Assembly (NCBI GenBank): GCA_977020255.1
Contig: CDROCS010003593.1
Coordinates: 62,001-126,000 of the forward strand
Reading direction: 5' to 3'
Length of the DNA stretch: 64,000 nt
Source of the DNA: Obrimoposthia wandeli
Lineage: Eukaryota
Below are positions 1-9,078 of this stretch, in pieces (within the stretch, counting starts at the first letter, position 1; each line of letters begins with the position of its first letter). Below the pieces are notes generated by a model. That model made no database searches. It had not been told where the DNA came from and saw nothing but the letters and a program-made list of their open reading frames with translations. Made by a program: the position numbers and the translations under genes.

Positions 1-2221
1 GAGCACACTTGGTACAACCTGTACACTCTTCCTCTATCTCATAAGAAATCAAATCTTCACACTTTCCTGATGGACAAGTCCCCTTTATATGAGCTTCGTA
101 TTCGTGTCTGAAATATTTTAAAGTCGACAGGACTGGATTTGGAGCTGTTTGTCCCAAACCACAAATACTACCTTTTTTCGTATTGATTGCCAATTTCTCA
201 AGTAAATCCAGATCTTCAAGTTTTCCTTTTCCCGATTTAATCTTATCTAGAATTTCGAGCATTCGTCGCGTTCCAATCCTACAGAAAGTACATCTTCCGC
301 AGGATTCTTCCTGAGTAAACGATAAGAAGTAGCGAGCAATATCCACCATACAATCCGATTCGTCAAGAACAATTAGTCCTCCCGAACCCATCATGGCTCC
401 TACTTCTTTCAAAGAATCAAAATCAATTGTAGTATCTGCCATCGAAGCAGGAATACATCCTCCTGAAGGCCCACCAATTTGTACGGCTTTAAATTCTTTT
501 CCATCAGCAATACCGCCTCCAATTTCTTCAACAATTTGGCGAATCGAAATACCCATAGGAACCTCTATCAGTCCACCACGTTTAATTTTTCCCGCCAAAG
601 CAAAAACCTTAGTTCCTTTACTTTTCTCAGTTCCTATCTCACTAAACTTACCTGAGCCATTCCTCAGAATCCAAGGAACAAGTGAGAAGGTCTCCGTATT
701 ATTTATAAGTGTAGGTTGATTCCAAAGTCCTTTTTCTGCTGGATATGGAGGACGCAATTGGGGAATCCCTCTCTTACCTTCAATAGATGCGATTAAAGCG
801 GTTTCTTCACCACAAACAAAAGCACCTGCTCCTTCGAAAATTTCCATATCGAAAGAAAAATCTGATCCTAAAATATTCTTACCAAGAATGCCCTTTTCTC
901 TACATATTTTAATGCCTTCTCGAATTCGCTCTACCGCTAATGGATACTCTGCACGTATATACAAACGTCCTTCAGTCGCACCAACGGCATAAGCTCCAAT
1001 AATAATCCCTTCGATGACGCGGAATGGATAGGATTCTAAAAGCATTCTATCCATAAAGGCACCTGGATCACCTTCATCGCCATTGCAAATAATATATTTT
1101 TGATCTGATTGAGCTTGCTGAACCATTCGCCATTTAATGAAAGATGGAAATCCTGCTCCACCTCTCCCTTTCAAGCCACTCGCTTCAATTTCTTCGATAA
1201 TTTGATCAGGACTGAGTTCTTTCAAACATTTTTCCAATGCTGAAAACCCCTCTTTACTTTTATATTCTTCAAAATCTGAAGGTCGAATTTCACCTCTGTA
1301 TTCAGTAGCAATATTGATTTGTCCTTTAAGGAATTCTGCAATTGGTGTATTTTCTTCACTAACATTATATTGTGATGATGACTTCGGTATATCTGTAAAA
1401 GTTAAGTTCTCAGCATAATTATAGAATCGACTTTTGAATCGATTCATGAGACTGTCAGATTTAAAATGCCTTTGAATAATATCACCAACATCTTCCGACT
1501 TCAGCTTGGTATAATAAACAGCGTCCTCTCCTAACTTGTGAATTTCCATCATGGGCACTTGATTACAAACACCAACACAACCAACCTGTTTCACATCTAC
1601 ATTAATACCACTACTATCCAAAGTCTCTTCTAAGGCTTCTTTTACTCCTGAACTACCACTAGCAATACAACACGATCCTAATCCAATACGAATTTCACCT
1701 TGAGGCAAACCCTTTTCTGAAAGCGTTCTCACCTTTTCCTTACTTCCTGTTCCCTCTTTTAAGAGAAAATCTTCCATAACGTCTTTAACTGTTCCCGTCT
1801 CGACATGACCGTAGGTTACATCGTCGATCTGAACAACTGGTGCCAAAGTGCAACAACCCAAACAGGCTACTTCTTCAAGTGTAAATTTCTTTTGATCATC
1901 GGTACTTTCTCCATCAGGCAAATTTAATTCTCTTCGAAAAGCATCGTAAACCTGGCCAGCCCCTTTTACATGACAAGCTGTTCCAACACACACGCGAACA
2001 ATATGCTCACCTACTGGTTGATGGCGGAATTGAGAATAAAAAGTTGAAATACCTGAAATCTGTGCCTGCGTAATATCTGTGATTTCACAAACACGCTTCA
2101 AGGCCTCTTCGGGTAAATAATTCAGCTCTCCTTGAATCGCTTGAAGAATTGGAATAACCTTTTCGGTTGTCTTCCCTTTTTCCAAAACAATTCTATCGAC
2201 GATATCCTTTATATTATTCAT
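1..2221 (-). CDS. nuoF: NuoE/thioredoxin-like 2Fe-2S/NuoF fusion (HydC-HydB or HndA-HndC-like NAD(P)H diaphorase); 3' end lies outside the window
   Basis: Missing from the ORF track; translated by hand from ATG at 2221 (MNNIKDIVDRIVLEKG). NuoE Cys motifs VRVCVGTACHVKG and EVACLGCCTLAP; second 2Fe-2S domain LGSCCIASG/GCVGVCNQ; NuoF motifs CNGDEGDPGAFMDR, GAGAFVCGEETAL, GGPSGGC, ESCGRCTFCRIG, SICGLG; ferredoxin motif CTGCTKCA at the edge. Confidence 0.9.
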   Translation of the reverse strand, partial: MNNIKDIVDRIVLEKGKTTEKVIPILQAIQGELNYLPEEALKRVCEITDITQAQISGISTFYSQFRHQPVGEHIVRVCVGTACHVKGAGQVYDAFRRELNLPDGESTDDQKKFTLEEVACLGCCTLAPVVQIDDVTYGHVETGTVKDVMEDFLLKEGTGSKEKVRTLSEKGLPQGEIRIGLGSCCIASGSSGVKEALEETLDSSGINVDVKQVGCVGVCNQVPMMEIHKLGEDAVYYTKLKSEDVGDIIQRHFKSDSLMNRFKSRFYNYAENLTFTDIPKSSSQYNVSEENTPIAEFLKGQINIATEYRGEIRPSDFEEYKSKEGFSALEKCLKELSPDQIIEEIEASGLKGRGGAGFPSFIKWRMVQQAQSDQKYIICNGDEGDPGAFMDRMLLESYPFRVIEGIIIGAYAVGATEGRLYIRAEYPLAVERIREGIKICREKGILGKNILGSDFSFDMEIFEGAGAFVCGEETALIASIEGKRGIPQLRPPYPAEKGLWNQPTLINNTETFSLVPWILRNGSGKFSEIGTEKSKGTKVFALAGKIKRGGLIEVPMGISIRQIVEEIGGGIADGKEFKAVQIGGPSGGCIPASMADTTIDFDSLKEVGAMMGSGGLIVLDESDCMVDIARYFLSFTQEESCGRCTFCRIGTRRMLEILDKIKSGKGKLEDLDLLEKLAINTKKGSICGLGQTAPNPVLSTLKYFRHEYEAHIKGTCPSGKCEDLISYEIEEECTGCTKCA

Positions 2222-2311
2222 TATTTCTTTTCAAGTATCAAGTTTTAATAAAGCTTCAAGCATTAGGATAACAAATTTTTCATCATCACATTAACACATC
2301 TTCACATCAAC

Positions 2312-4201
2312 TTACTTTCCTATACAATATAGATTCTTACCTGCACGGATATAAATATGTCCATCTGCAAATGCAGGTGTTGAGTCTGATTTTTCACCTA
2401 GATTTGAAGTCGCAATAGAAACAAACTCCTTATCAGCTTTAAAAATGTGCATACTTCCAGCTCTGTCTAGCAGATATATTTTTTCATCAACCAAAATTGG
2501 TGAAGCGTAAAAACCGTTATCAAATTCATGCTCCCAATACAATTCTCCCGATAGAGCATCGTAACAAGCCACAAGTCCATATGATGTCACAACGAATAAA
2601 TATTTATCCGTTGCTATTGGACTTGGTACATCTGATAAATAATCATAGGCTTCCCAAAGAACTTCAGGATTAGCACCTGTTTTGATGGCTACCAAACTAG
2701 CATATTCGTTAAGAGCAAACACAATTCCATTGGCATAAGCCACAGATGGTCCAACTTCACCAGTAATACAATCAAGCTTCCACAATTCTTCACCAGTTAA
2801 TGCATCGTAAGAAGCCACGCAAGGATCAGCAGCTAATATCACTTCTGCCCTGTCGCCGTTCTGAACAACTACTGGAGATGCCCACGATACTTTTACCTTT
2901 CTATCTGTACTCCATACCTCATCACCTGTTTTAGTCGAAAGAGCCATTACTTTGCCAGATTTTTTATGATCGTATTGTACAATCAGCTTATCTTCAAAAA
3001 CAACTAAGGAAGATGAATGTCCATAATGATTATCAGGTACACCTAAATTCTTAGACCAAACAGGTTTTCCATTCATATCTAAAGCGACTAGATCACCATT
3101 AGAGAAAATGGAAAAAACAAAAGTTCCATCAGTACTTACAGTTGCTGCAGCATGTCCCGTATCAGGAGTCACCTCAGGAGAAGCTAAAGATCCAGCAACA
3201 TTATTAATATCAGCTGTCCATAGTAACTTACCCGAGTTTCGATTGTAGCAATAAACTTGTTTTTTATTTGCATCTGCTCCTGACAAGAATAGTTTGTCAC
3301 CCCAAATTACTGGCGAATTATAGGCATGTAGTTCTGGCGTAACTTTCCACTTTATATTCTTACCAGTAGCCCCATCCCATTCTGTAGGTACATTTTTGTG
3401 GTAAGCAATTCCATTACCACCCGGCCCTCTGAAAGAAGGAAAGTTTGACATCATTGCCTTACTTGGGTATTGCCCTGTATATTTTTTTGCAGCAGGTATT
3501 TTCTTAGCTTCTACAGCTTTTTCAACTGGCTTCGGTTGTGATGTCTCCTCTACAGTTGTCTCGACAGCCTTTTTAGTTTCAACTTTTTCAGCACTTGCTT
3601 CTTCAACAATAGCTTTTTTCTCAATTTCTTTTGGTTTCTCAGTAGCAGTAACAACTGGTGCTTCATTAGCCTTAGTTTCAGCTTTAGCAATTTTTGCAGC
3701 ATCGGTAAATCGTGTACCTATATCTTTATGCGTAACAAAAGCTAATATCAGAGTTACAACAACTAAAACAGATCCTCCAATACTAAGCCATTTTCTAGCA
3801 TTTTGCTGATAGCTGATTATATTTTGACTGTACGCCTCATCGACTGAAGGCAATATTTTTTTGCCCATTCTCATAATCTGCATTGCAATTATCATCACAA
3901 TAAGTGAAAGCAATAAAAGATAAGCTCCTGTTCTTACTTCCCACTGATTGGTGAAAAATGCTTTACGAACTAACAAATCCATTTCTCTGATTTGCTCTCG
4001 CAATTGATTATCATTAGGATTGTCGTTCAATCGTTCAACCAAAGAATTAATCACTTCGGTATTGACAGGATCAACCTTATTAATTTGCATATAGTTGACA
4101 ATAACCATAGCACAAATTAAGATGGCAAAAACACCAGATACTATAGCGACACCTCGCCACAGAGATAGGTTGATTGGTTTATTTGAAAATTTCGTGTTCA
4201 T
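2312..4201 (-). CDS. PQQ-like (BamB-like) beta-propeller protein with 3 N-terminal TM helices and a long charged linker
   Basis: Three hydrophobic segments in the first ~160 aa, K/E/A/P-rich linker, FPSFRGPGGNG motif, repeated docking motifs (ALSTKTGDEVW, YDALTGEELW, YDALSGELYW). Confidence 0.85.
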   Translation of the reverse strand: MNTKFSNKPINLSLWRGVAIVSGVFAILICAMVIVNYMQINKVDPVNTEVINSLVERLNDNPNDNQLREQIREMDLLVRKAFFTNQWEVRTGAYLLLLSLIVMIIAMQIMRMGKKILPSVDEAYSQNIISYQQNARKWLSIGGSVLVVVTLILAFVTHKDIGTRFTDAAKIAKAETKANEAPVVTATEKPKEIEKKAIVEEASAEKVETKKAVETTVEETSQPKPVEKAVEAKKIPAAKKYTGQYPSKAMMSNFPSFRGPGGNGIAYHKNVPTEWDGATGKNIKWKVTPELHAYNSPVIWGDKLFLSGADANKKQVYCYNRNSGKLLWTADINNVAGSLASPEVTPDTGHAAATVSTDGTFVFSIFSNGDLVALDMNGKPVWSKNLGVPDNHYGHSSSLVVFEDKLIVQYDHKKSGKVMALSTKTGDEVWSTDRKVKVSWASPVVVQNGDRAEVILAADPCVASYDALTGEELWKLDCITGEVGPSVAYANGIVFALNEYASLVAIKTGANPEVLWEAYDYLSDVPSPIATDKYLFVVTSYGLVACYDALSGELYWEHEFDNGFYASPILVDEKIYLLDRAGSMHIFKADKEFVSIATSNLGEKSDSTPAFADGHIYIRAGKNLYCIGK

Positions 4202-4480
4202 AATCTTATCTAATTCCTATGTTAGCCACTTCGTGCTCTCTAACTGGGCAATATTTCAAACTTCAGCGAGCACAGAATACATTCAGGGACTCACTTTTCA
4301 TTTCTCGATCTATTTCTTTACCAATTTCAGGCCCCTTTAATGTTTTTCTGTTCTGACGTTTTCCAGTATTTCAGCGTTTTCCACATTCCCCTTAGATATT
4401 GACAAGACATTCCTTTTTTAAACGACTCACTAACACTTCGATATTTCAAGACGGATAAAGACACACCCATTATGCACGCA

Positions 4481-5782
4481 TCAACAGCTAACAGGGCAAT
4501 ATTTTAAACAGCGAGCACAGCTCACACATTCACCTTTATCAGGCGTGTAATCCTCTCGGTATTTAAATACGGACAAGCTTGACAAAGTCAATCCGAAAAC
4601 TAAACCTAAAAAGCCTCCCAAAATCCAAGCTCCGATATAAAACTGCTCTACAATAACTGCTGCCTCGGAATACAATTCTTCAACCGGGGTTCCTGCTGTT
4701 TTAAAAGCTTCTATTTCTACAGATGGTAACATCGCATCTGGTTTGAATAACATCAGTTCATTTGCCAAGCTGACTTTGGTATTTACTTTAGCCAGATTTT
4801 CATGAAAGTTTGAAAGTGTCCATCCTCCCAAAATCATTAATAATGGTATGATCAAGCTCAATCGAATAAATCTTTTGGTTGCTGATGGTCTACCTTCCAT
4901 CACCTTAACAGGAACAGGCTTATTAATGGCTCCCAATGGGCATGAATCTTCACACAAACGACATTGAATACATTTGTTTGGCGTAATGGTAAGATGATGC
5001 TTAGAGAAGCGACTCATCCAATTTAGAAGAACACCATAAGGACAGAAGAAACGACAATAAGGTCGAGCAACAAAAGCACTCAACAAAAGAAAAATAGCGC
5101 CGATAGCAAACATGAAAAAAGTTGCATCGAATCGATAAATTCCTATAAAAGGATCGTATCTACATATAATAAAATCGGTAGCCGTAGCTGCGTATAGAAC
5201 TGATAAACCCAAATAGATATAGGGAATTAAACCCAGAACTTTCTGCAACCATGTTTTCATTGTAACAGGGCGCAAAAGAAGCACATCTTGAATGGCTCCT
5301 AAGGGGCAAACGCCTGCACAAAATGTTCGTCCAAAAAATAAGGTGTACACAAGAGGAATGACAAAAAATGCCAATGCTGATATCGGAATGCTATACTCAG
5401 GTTGGAAAAGCGCTAAAGTCACATTTTGCAATGATCCCACGGAACAAACACAGCCTTCTCGAAAAAAACCGAAATAAAGAATAGAGAATACTGACACAGC
5501 TAGAACACCTCGTCTTGAACGCTTCTTTAAAATCAGCCAAGTGATTAATGAAAGAGCCAAAATAAGAATAAAGACATCGAAAAGAGCAAAGAAATCTGAG
5601 CGGGCGTCAGGCATTGAAGTCACAGGTTGTGTATAACCTGACTCGAACTCTGGTTTCGGGAATCGCTGCTGTTGTGCAAAAAGAGGAAAACCTGAAGTCA
5701 TTAATAAAATGAACATAGATAGCATGGTGACAAGCTTCTTTATATTCCAGGTTTGTGTTACGTATTTTAAAATTTCTGACAT
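4481..5782 (-). CDS. Membrane polyferredoxin, NapH/MauN/YccM-like 4Fe-4S binding protein
   Basis: Multiple TM helices; GCVCSVGSLQ, FCAGVCPLGAIQ, YCRFFCPYG, CIQCRLCEDSCP, CVSCARCLKYCP. Extreme C-terminus uncertain because of the adjacent noisy duplication. Confidence 0.85.
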   Translation of the reverse strand: MSEILKYVTQTWNIKKLVTMLSMFILLMTSGFPLFAQQQRFPKPEFESGYTQPVTSMPDARSDFFALFDVFILILALSLITWLILKKRSRRGVLAVSVFSILYFGFFREGCVCSVGSLQNVTLALFQPEYSIPISALAFFVIPLVYTLFFGRTFCAGVCPLGAIQDVLLLRPVTMKTWLQKVLGLIPYIYLGLSVLYAATATDFIICRYDPFIGIYRFDATFFMFAIGAIFLLLSAFVARPYCRFFCPYGVLLNWMSRFSKHHLTITPNKCIQCRLCEDSCPLGAINKPVPVKVMEGRPSATKRFIRLSLIIPLLMILGGWTLSNFHENLAKVNTKVSLANELMLFKPDAMLPSVEIEAFKTAGTPVEELYSEAAVIVEQFYIGAWILGGFLGLVFGLTLSSLSVFKYREDYTPDKGECVSCARCLKYCPVSC

Positions 5783-5812
5783 TAAGAAATCTGTTTAAGG
5801 TATTGAAATAGG

Positions 5813-6382
5813 TTAGCCTTTCTTTTCTTTTTTGAAGCCTGAAAACTTATAGGGCTCATCAGCTGGCACACGTGAAAAAGCATCAGAAGGACAATCACGA
5901 GCAATGGCACATTGATTGCAATTCACACATACATCATGACTTACCTGCAACTGAAGTGATCCATTTCCAAAAGCGCCACAACCTTTCACACATTTGCCAC
6001 AGCCGATACACAAGTCTTCAATTATTTCGTATTCAAAGAATGGATCTTCGATATACTTTCTTTTAATTGCGCCAGTTGGGCAAAGTTGATTTTCAGCACC
6101 AGTTGTAATATTCTTCACATTAGGACGAAGGTAGCCACCACATAAATCGCAATAGCCACACATATCGTAAACATGAATACATTTCACCGCAGAGGGAGTC
6201 ACTACGCATGAAGTTGCACAACGTCCACATTGCGTACACTTCGTTGTATCAATTTGCCAAAGCGTATTTCCCGACACGGTTTTATGAGCCAAAACACCCG
6301 TCACCCCAACCAAACTTGCTCCTGCCGCAAAGCGAAAACACGTGTTGATAAAATCTCTTCTATTTTTTTCTTTCTCAGCCAT
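5813..6382 (-). CDS. Tat-exported multi-[4Fe-4S] ferredoxin (NapG/MauM-like role)
   Basis: NRRDFIN twin-arginine signal; CTQCGRCATSC, CGYCDLC, CPTGA, CIGCGKCVKGC, CVNCNQC...CP. Confidence 0.85.
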   Translation of the reverse strand: MAEKEKNRRDFINTCFRFAAGASLVGVTGVLAHKTVSGNTLWQIDTTKCTQCGRCATSCVVTPSAVKCIHVYDMCGYCDLCGGYLRPNVKNITTGAENQLCPTGAIKRKYIEDPFFEYEIIEDLCIGCGKCVKGCGAFGNGSLQLQVSHDVCVNCNQCAIARDCPSDAFSRVPADEPYKFSGFKKEKKG

Positions 6383-6393
6383 TCTACTACAAA

Positions 6394-6597
6394 TTATTGT
6401 ATCGAATTTTTCTTTCTATAATCAATCCCATCAGGCAAAGTACAGCCTTTATTTTTTTTACAATTACGACATACAAAATCGAAATCACAGCCTCCTTCAG
6501 AATTCATGCTTCTATAAATCATTGTTCCTGAAAAAATAGCCAATGCACTTAAAATTGTTCCTCTTCCGATATTATGCAAAAATGCTCTTCTATCCAT
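6394..6597 (-). CDS. Small twin-arginine protein with a 4-Cys cluster (67 aa)
   Basis: MDRRAFL plus hydrophobic stretch; C-x5-C-x2-C-x6-C; tightly spaced within the operon. Confidence 0.7.
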   Translation of the reverse strand: MDRRAFLHNIGRGTILSALAIFSGTMIYRSMNSEGGCDFDFVCRNCKKNKGCTLPDGIDYRKKNSIQ

Positions 6598-6648
6598 CTT
6601 ATTTTATTTTATCTCGAATGAATCCGAGATAATTTAAATTTGTCTTGT

Positions 6649-7614
6649 TTATTCTTTCAACTCAAAAATTCGAACCATTTTTCTTGATGGATCTAAAACA
6701 ATGATTCTATCATTAGAATCTACTGCTAAATCCAAACCTGCGGTTCCAGCGTCGAATTGATTGGGAGCTGCAACAACCGATTTAAAATCGCCTGATGGTA
6801 AATGAATCTTTATTCTCTCCAAACCTTTCTCACTTGTCACAAATGATCCGTCTGATAACATGGCCACATGACTTGGATTACAACAACCTCCAAAACCATC
6901 GATTTGCATTGATGTTCGTTCCCAGGTCGATATCAAATCACCTTTATCATTATAAGCCTCCAGAGCATGTCGACCAGGATTCACAACCCAAAGCTCACCT
7001 TGACGACCAAACATGAGATCAAAATAGGGGCTCGGGATCACAAAACCTCTAATCCCTTTTTCAAGATTCTTAGCTCCAATATTATTAATCTTCTTTCCAT
7101 CTATTGTATACTGATAAACGATTTTCTGTCCCGCATCTGCTATATAAACAACACCATCCTTTTCAGCGATACTGCTGATATAGGCTTTTGTTCCTTTGAT
7201 TTGAAAACTATTATTTAATCCACCGTTTGGCTTACGAACATCGACCCTATTTCCAACACCCAAGAGGATATTGCCTGATTCAGAGATACTAACAGAATGA
7301 GCATCGCCTCTTACTTTCATACTCGATTGAACTTGCCCTTGCATATCAAAAATCCAAAGCTTATCGGTTCCACTCACATAGATTCTATCTTCCGCATCTA
7401 ATGCAAGTCCGAATACAGATTCTGAATTAATTTTAAAAGATGATACTTCCTTATAAGCAATCAATGATGAATCGACTTTCCTCAATTCCTTAAGATCGTA
7501 TTCATAAATATTCTGTTGAGGTTTTGGTTTCTCAAAAAACAAGTCACCCGCTATTAAGCCCACCAAAAGCAGAAGGAGTACAATCGAAAATATTAATGTC
7601 AGCTTGTTCTTCAT
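6649..7614 (-). CDS. NHL-repeat-like beta-propeller protein with N-terminal membrane anchor
   Basis: N-terminal TM; repeats like GLALDAEDRIYVS, VYIADAGQKIV, LAVDSNDRIIVLD; GFGGCCNPSHV motif. Confidence 0.75.
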   Translation of the reverse strand: MKNKLTLIFSIVLLLLLVGLIAGDLFFEKPKPQQNIYEYDLKELRKVDSSLIAYKEVSSFKINSESVFGLALDAEDRIYVSGTDKLWIFDMQGQVQSSMKVRGDAHSVSISESGNILLGVGNRVDVRKPNGGLNNSFQIKGTKAYISSIAEKDGVVYIADAGQKIVYQYTIDGKKINNIGAKNLEKGIRGFVIPSPYFDLMFGRQGELWVVNPGRHALEAYNDKGDLISTWERTSMQIDGFGGCCNPSHVAMLSDGSFVTSEKGLERIKIHLPSGDFKSVVAAPNQFDAGTAGLDLAVDSNDRIIVLDPSRKMVRIFELKE

Positions 7615-7639
7615 AATCTCTTATTTTCAAAGTCCAATC

Positions 7640-9067
7640 TTAATTTGCACGCAAATCGATACAAAGCATGTGTTTTGAATCTCGCATCAACAATCGGCCA
7701 TCCGTTATCACCATCGGCCCCCAAGCATCATGACCATCTATAAGCTTCACTTTATCGAGCAATTCGAATTTCTCAGTCGAGGCTCGGGCTATGGTCAATT
7801 CACCATTATCTTTAAGGATAAAGAATTTACCATCAGCCACTAGATAAGGACCTAAACCGAAACGATCAGTCTTACCACTTGTCCACAAAATTTTAGTACA
7901 ATCGTTAGGATCGCAACAGACAAATTGGTTACGCATTGCTCCTGCATCCTTTGGAAGAATAGTAAACATGCGTCCTTTATATAAAAGTGGCGTTTGTTGT
8001 TCTGATGCCATCCCGTCTTTGGGCTTGTATTTCTGTAAGGTTTCAACTTGATATATTCCACCCACTTTCTTCACTTGAAAAAGAGCGCCACCGGCACCAT
8101 ATCCTGCAGTCATATATACTTTACCATCACCATAAATCAACGGAGATGGAGCAACTACTGAAGGAGAAAAATCTTTTGTCTTCCATAGAATTTGCCCAAG
8201 ATCGTCGCCTTCGGCTGATACACCACAAATTCCACCTACTGCAGCATAAACCCACATTTTCTTTCCATCAAGAACCATTGGCATTATAGAAGAGTGCGAC
8301 ATTTTCCATCCATCAGGATTAGGTGTTTCCCACAAAACCTTACCTGTAGCACAATCAACGCCAATAAGCAGAGCTTTACCTCCAGGTGCAATTATGGCAA
8401 CATTGTTATCGATAATTGGACATTGCCCGGTATACCAAAAAGGAATTTCGGATTGATATTCTTTGACCAAATCCAATCCCCACAAGAAATCTCCTGATTC
8501 AGGATTCACACACATCACATGGCAACGTGGCCCCATACTCACAATATATTTATCATTTATTGCAGGAATGGTTCTCGACATACCGTGATTTCTCTTCACA
8601 TGAACCTTATAAGATCGTTTCCAAATCTCTTCGCCAGTCTCCAAAGAAAAGCATCGAAGAGCATCTGCCTTTTTCACCTCATCATAGTCAAGCAAATAAA
8701 CCTTACCATTATAAACGACAGGAGCAGCATGTCCTTCACCTAAATCTTGTTTCCACAAAATCTTTGGCTCAGGTCCAATCTTATCTACAAGCTTTATTTT
8801 TTCTTTCGAAACATTATCAAAATCTGCACCTCTAAACTGAGTCCATTTACCTGTTAAACTTGAAGTGTGCTCAGTATAGGATATAAATTTCTCACCAATA
8901 TTTACCACATCGACAGCTTCGGTTCCAGCTTTAGGACGATTATCCAAGCCCGGCACACTTGCTGAGAAATCTTGAACTGGATCGTATCTCAACCAAGAAA
9001 CAAATATTGAAATGGCTATAACAACAGCCAAAGTCAGGAAAAGAATATTTAAGAATTTTTTATTCAT
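7640..9067 (-). CDS. PQQ-like beta-propeller protein, N-terminally anchored
   Basis: N-terminal TM; WTQFRG; CFSLETGEEIW, CVNPESGDFLW, VDCATGKVLW docking repeats. Confidence 0.85.
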   Translation of the reverse strand: MNKKFLNILFLTLAVVIAISIFVSWLRYDPVQDFSASVPGLDNRPKAGTEAVDVVNIGEKFISYTEHTSSLTGKWTQFRGADFDNVSKEKIKLVDKIGPEPKILWKQDLGEGHAAPVVYNGKVYLLDYDEVKKADALRCFSLETGEEIWKRSYKVHVKRNHGMSRTIPAINDKYIVSMGPRCHVMCVNPESGDFLWGLDLVKEYQSEIPFWYTGQCPIIDNNVAIIAPGGKALLIGVDCATGKVLWETPNPDGWKMSHSSIMPMVLDGKKMWVYAAVGGICGVSAEGDDLGQILWKTKDFSPSVVAPSPLIYGDGKVYMTAGYGAGGALFQVKKVGGIYQVETLQKYKPKDGMASEQQTPLLYKGRMFTILPKDAGAMRNQFVCCDPNDCTKILWTSGKTDRFGLGPYLVADGKFFILKDNGELTIARASTEKFELLDKVKLIDGHDAWGPMVITDGRLLMRDSKHMLCIDLRAN

Positions 9068-9078
9068 GGAAATGCAGA

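Noticed and set aside
393-719. 108-aa plus-strand ORF and the many other short ORFs antisense to or overlapping long genes
   Set aside because: Shadow ORFs of clearly conserved genes (e.g. antisense to nuoF, ftsZ, leuS), with no motifs or independent signals
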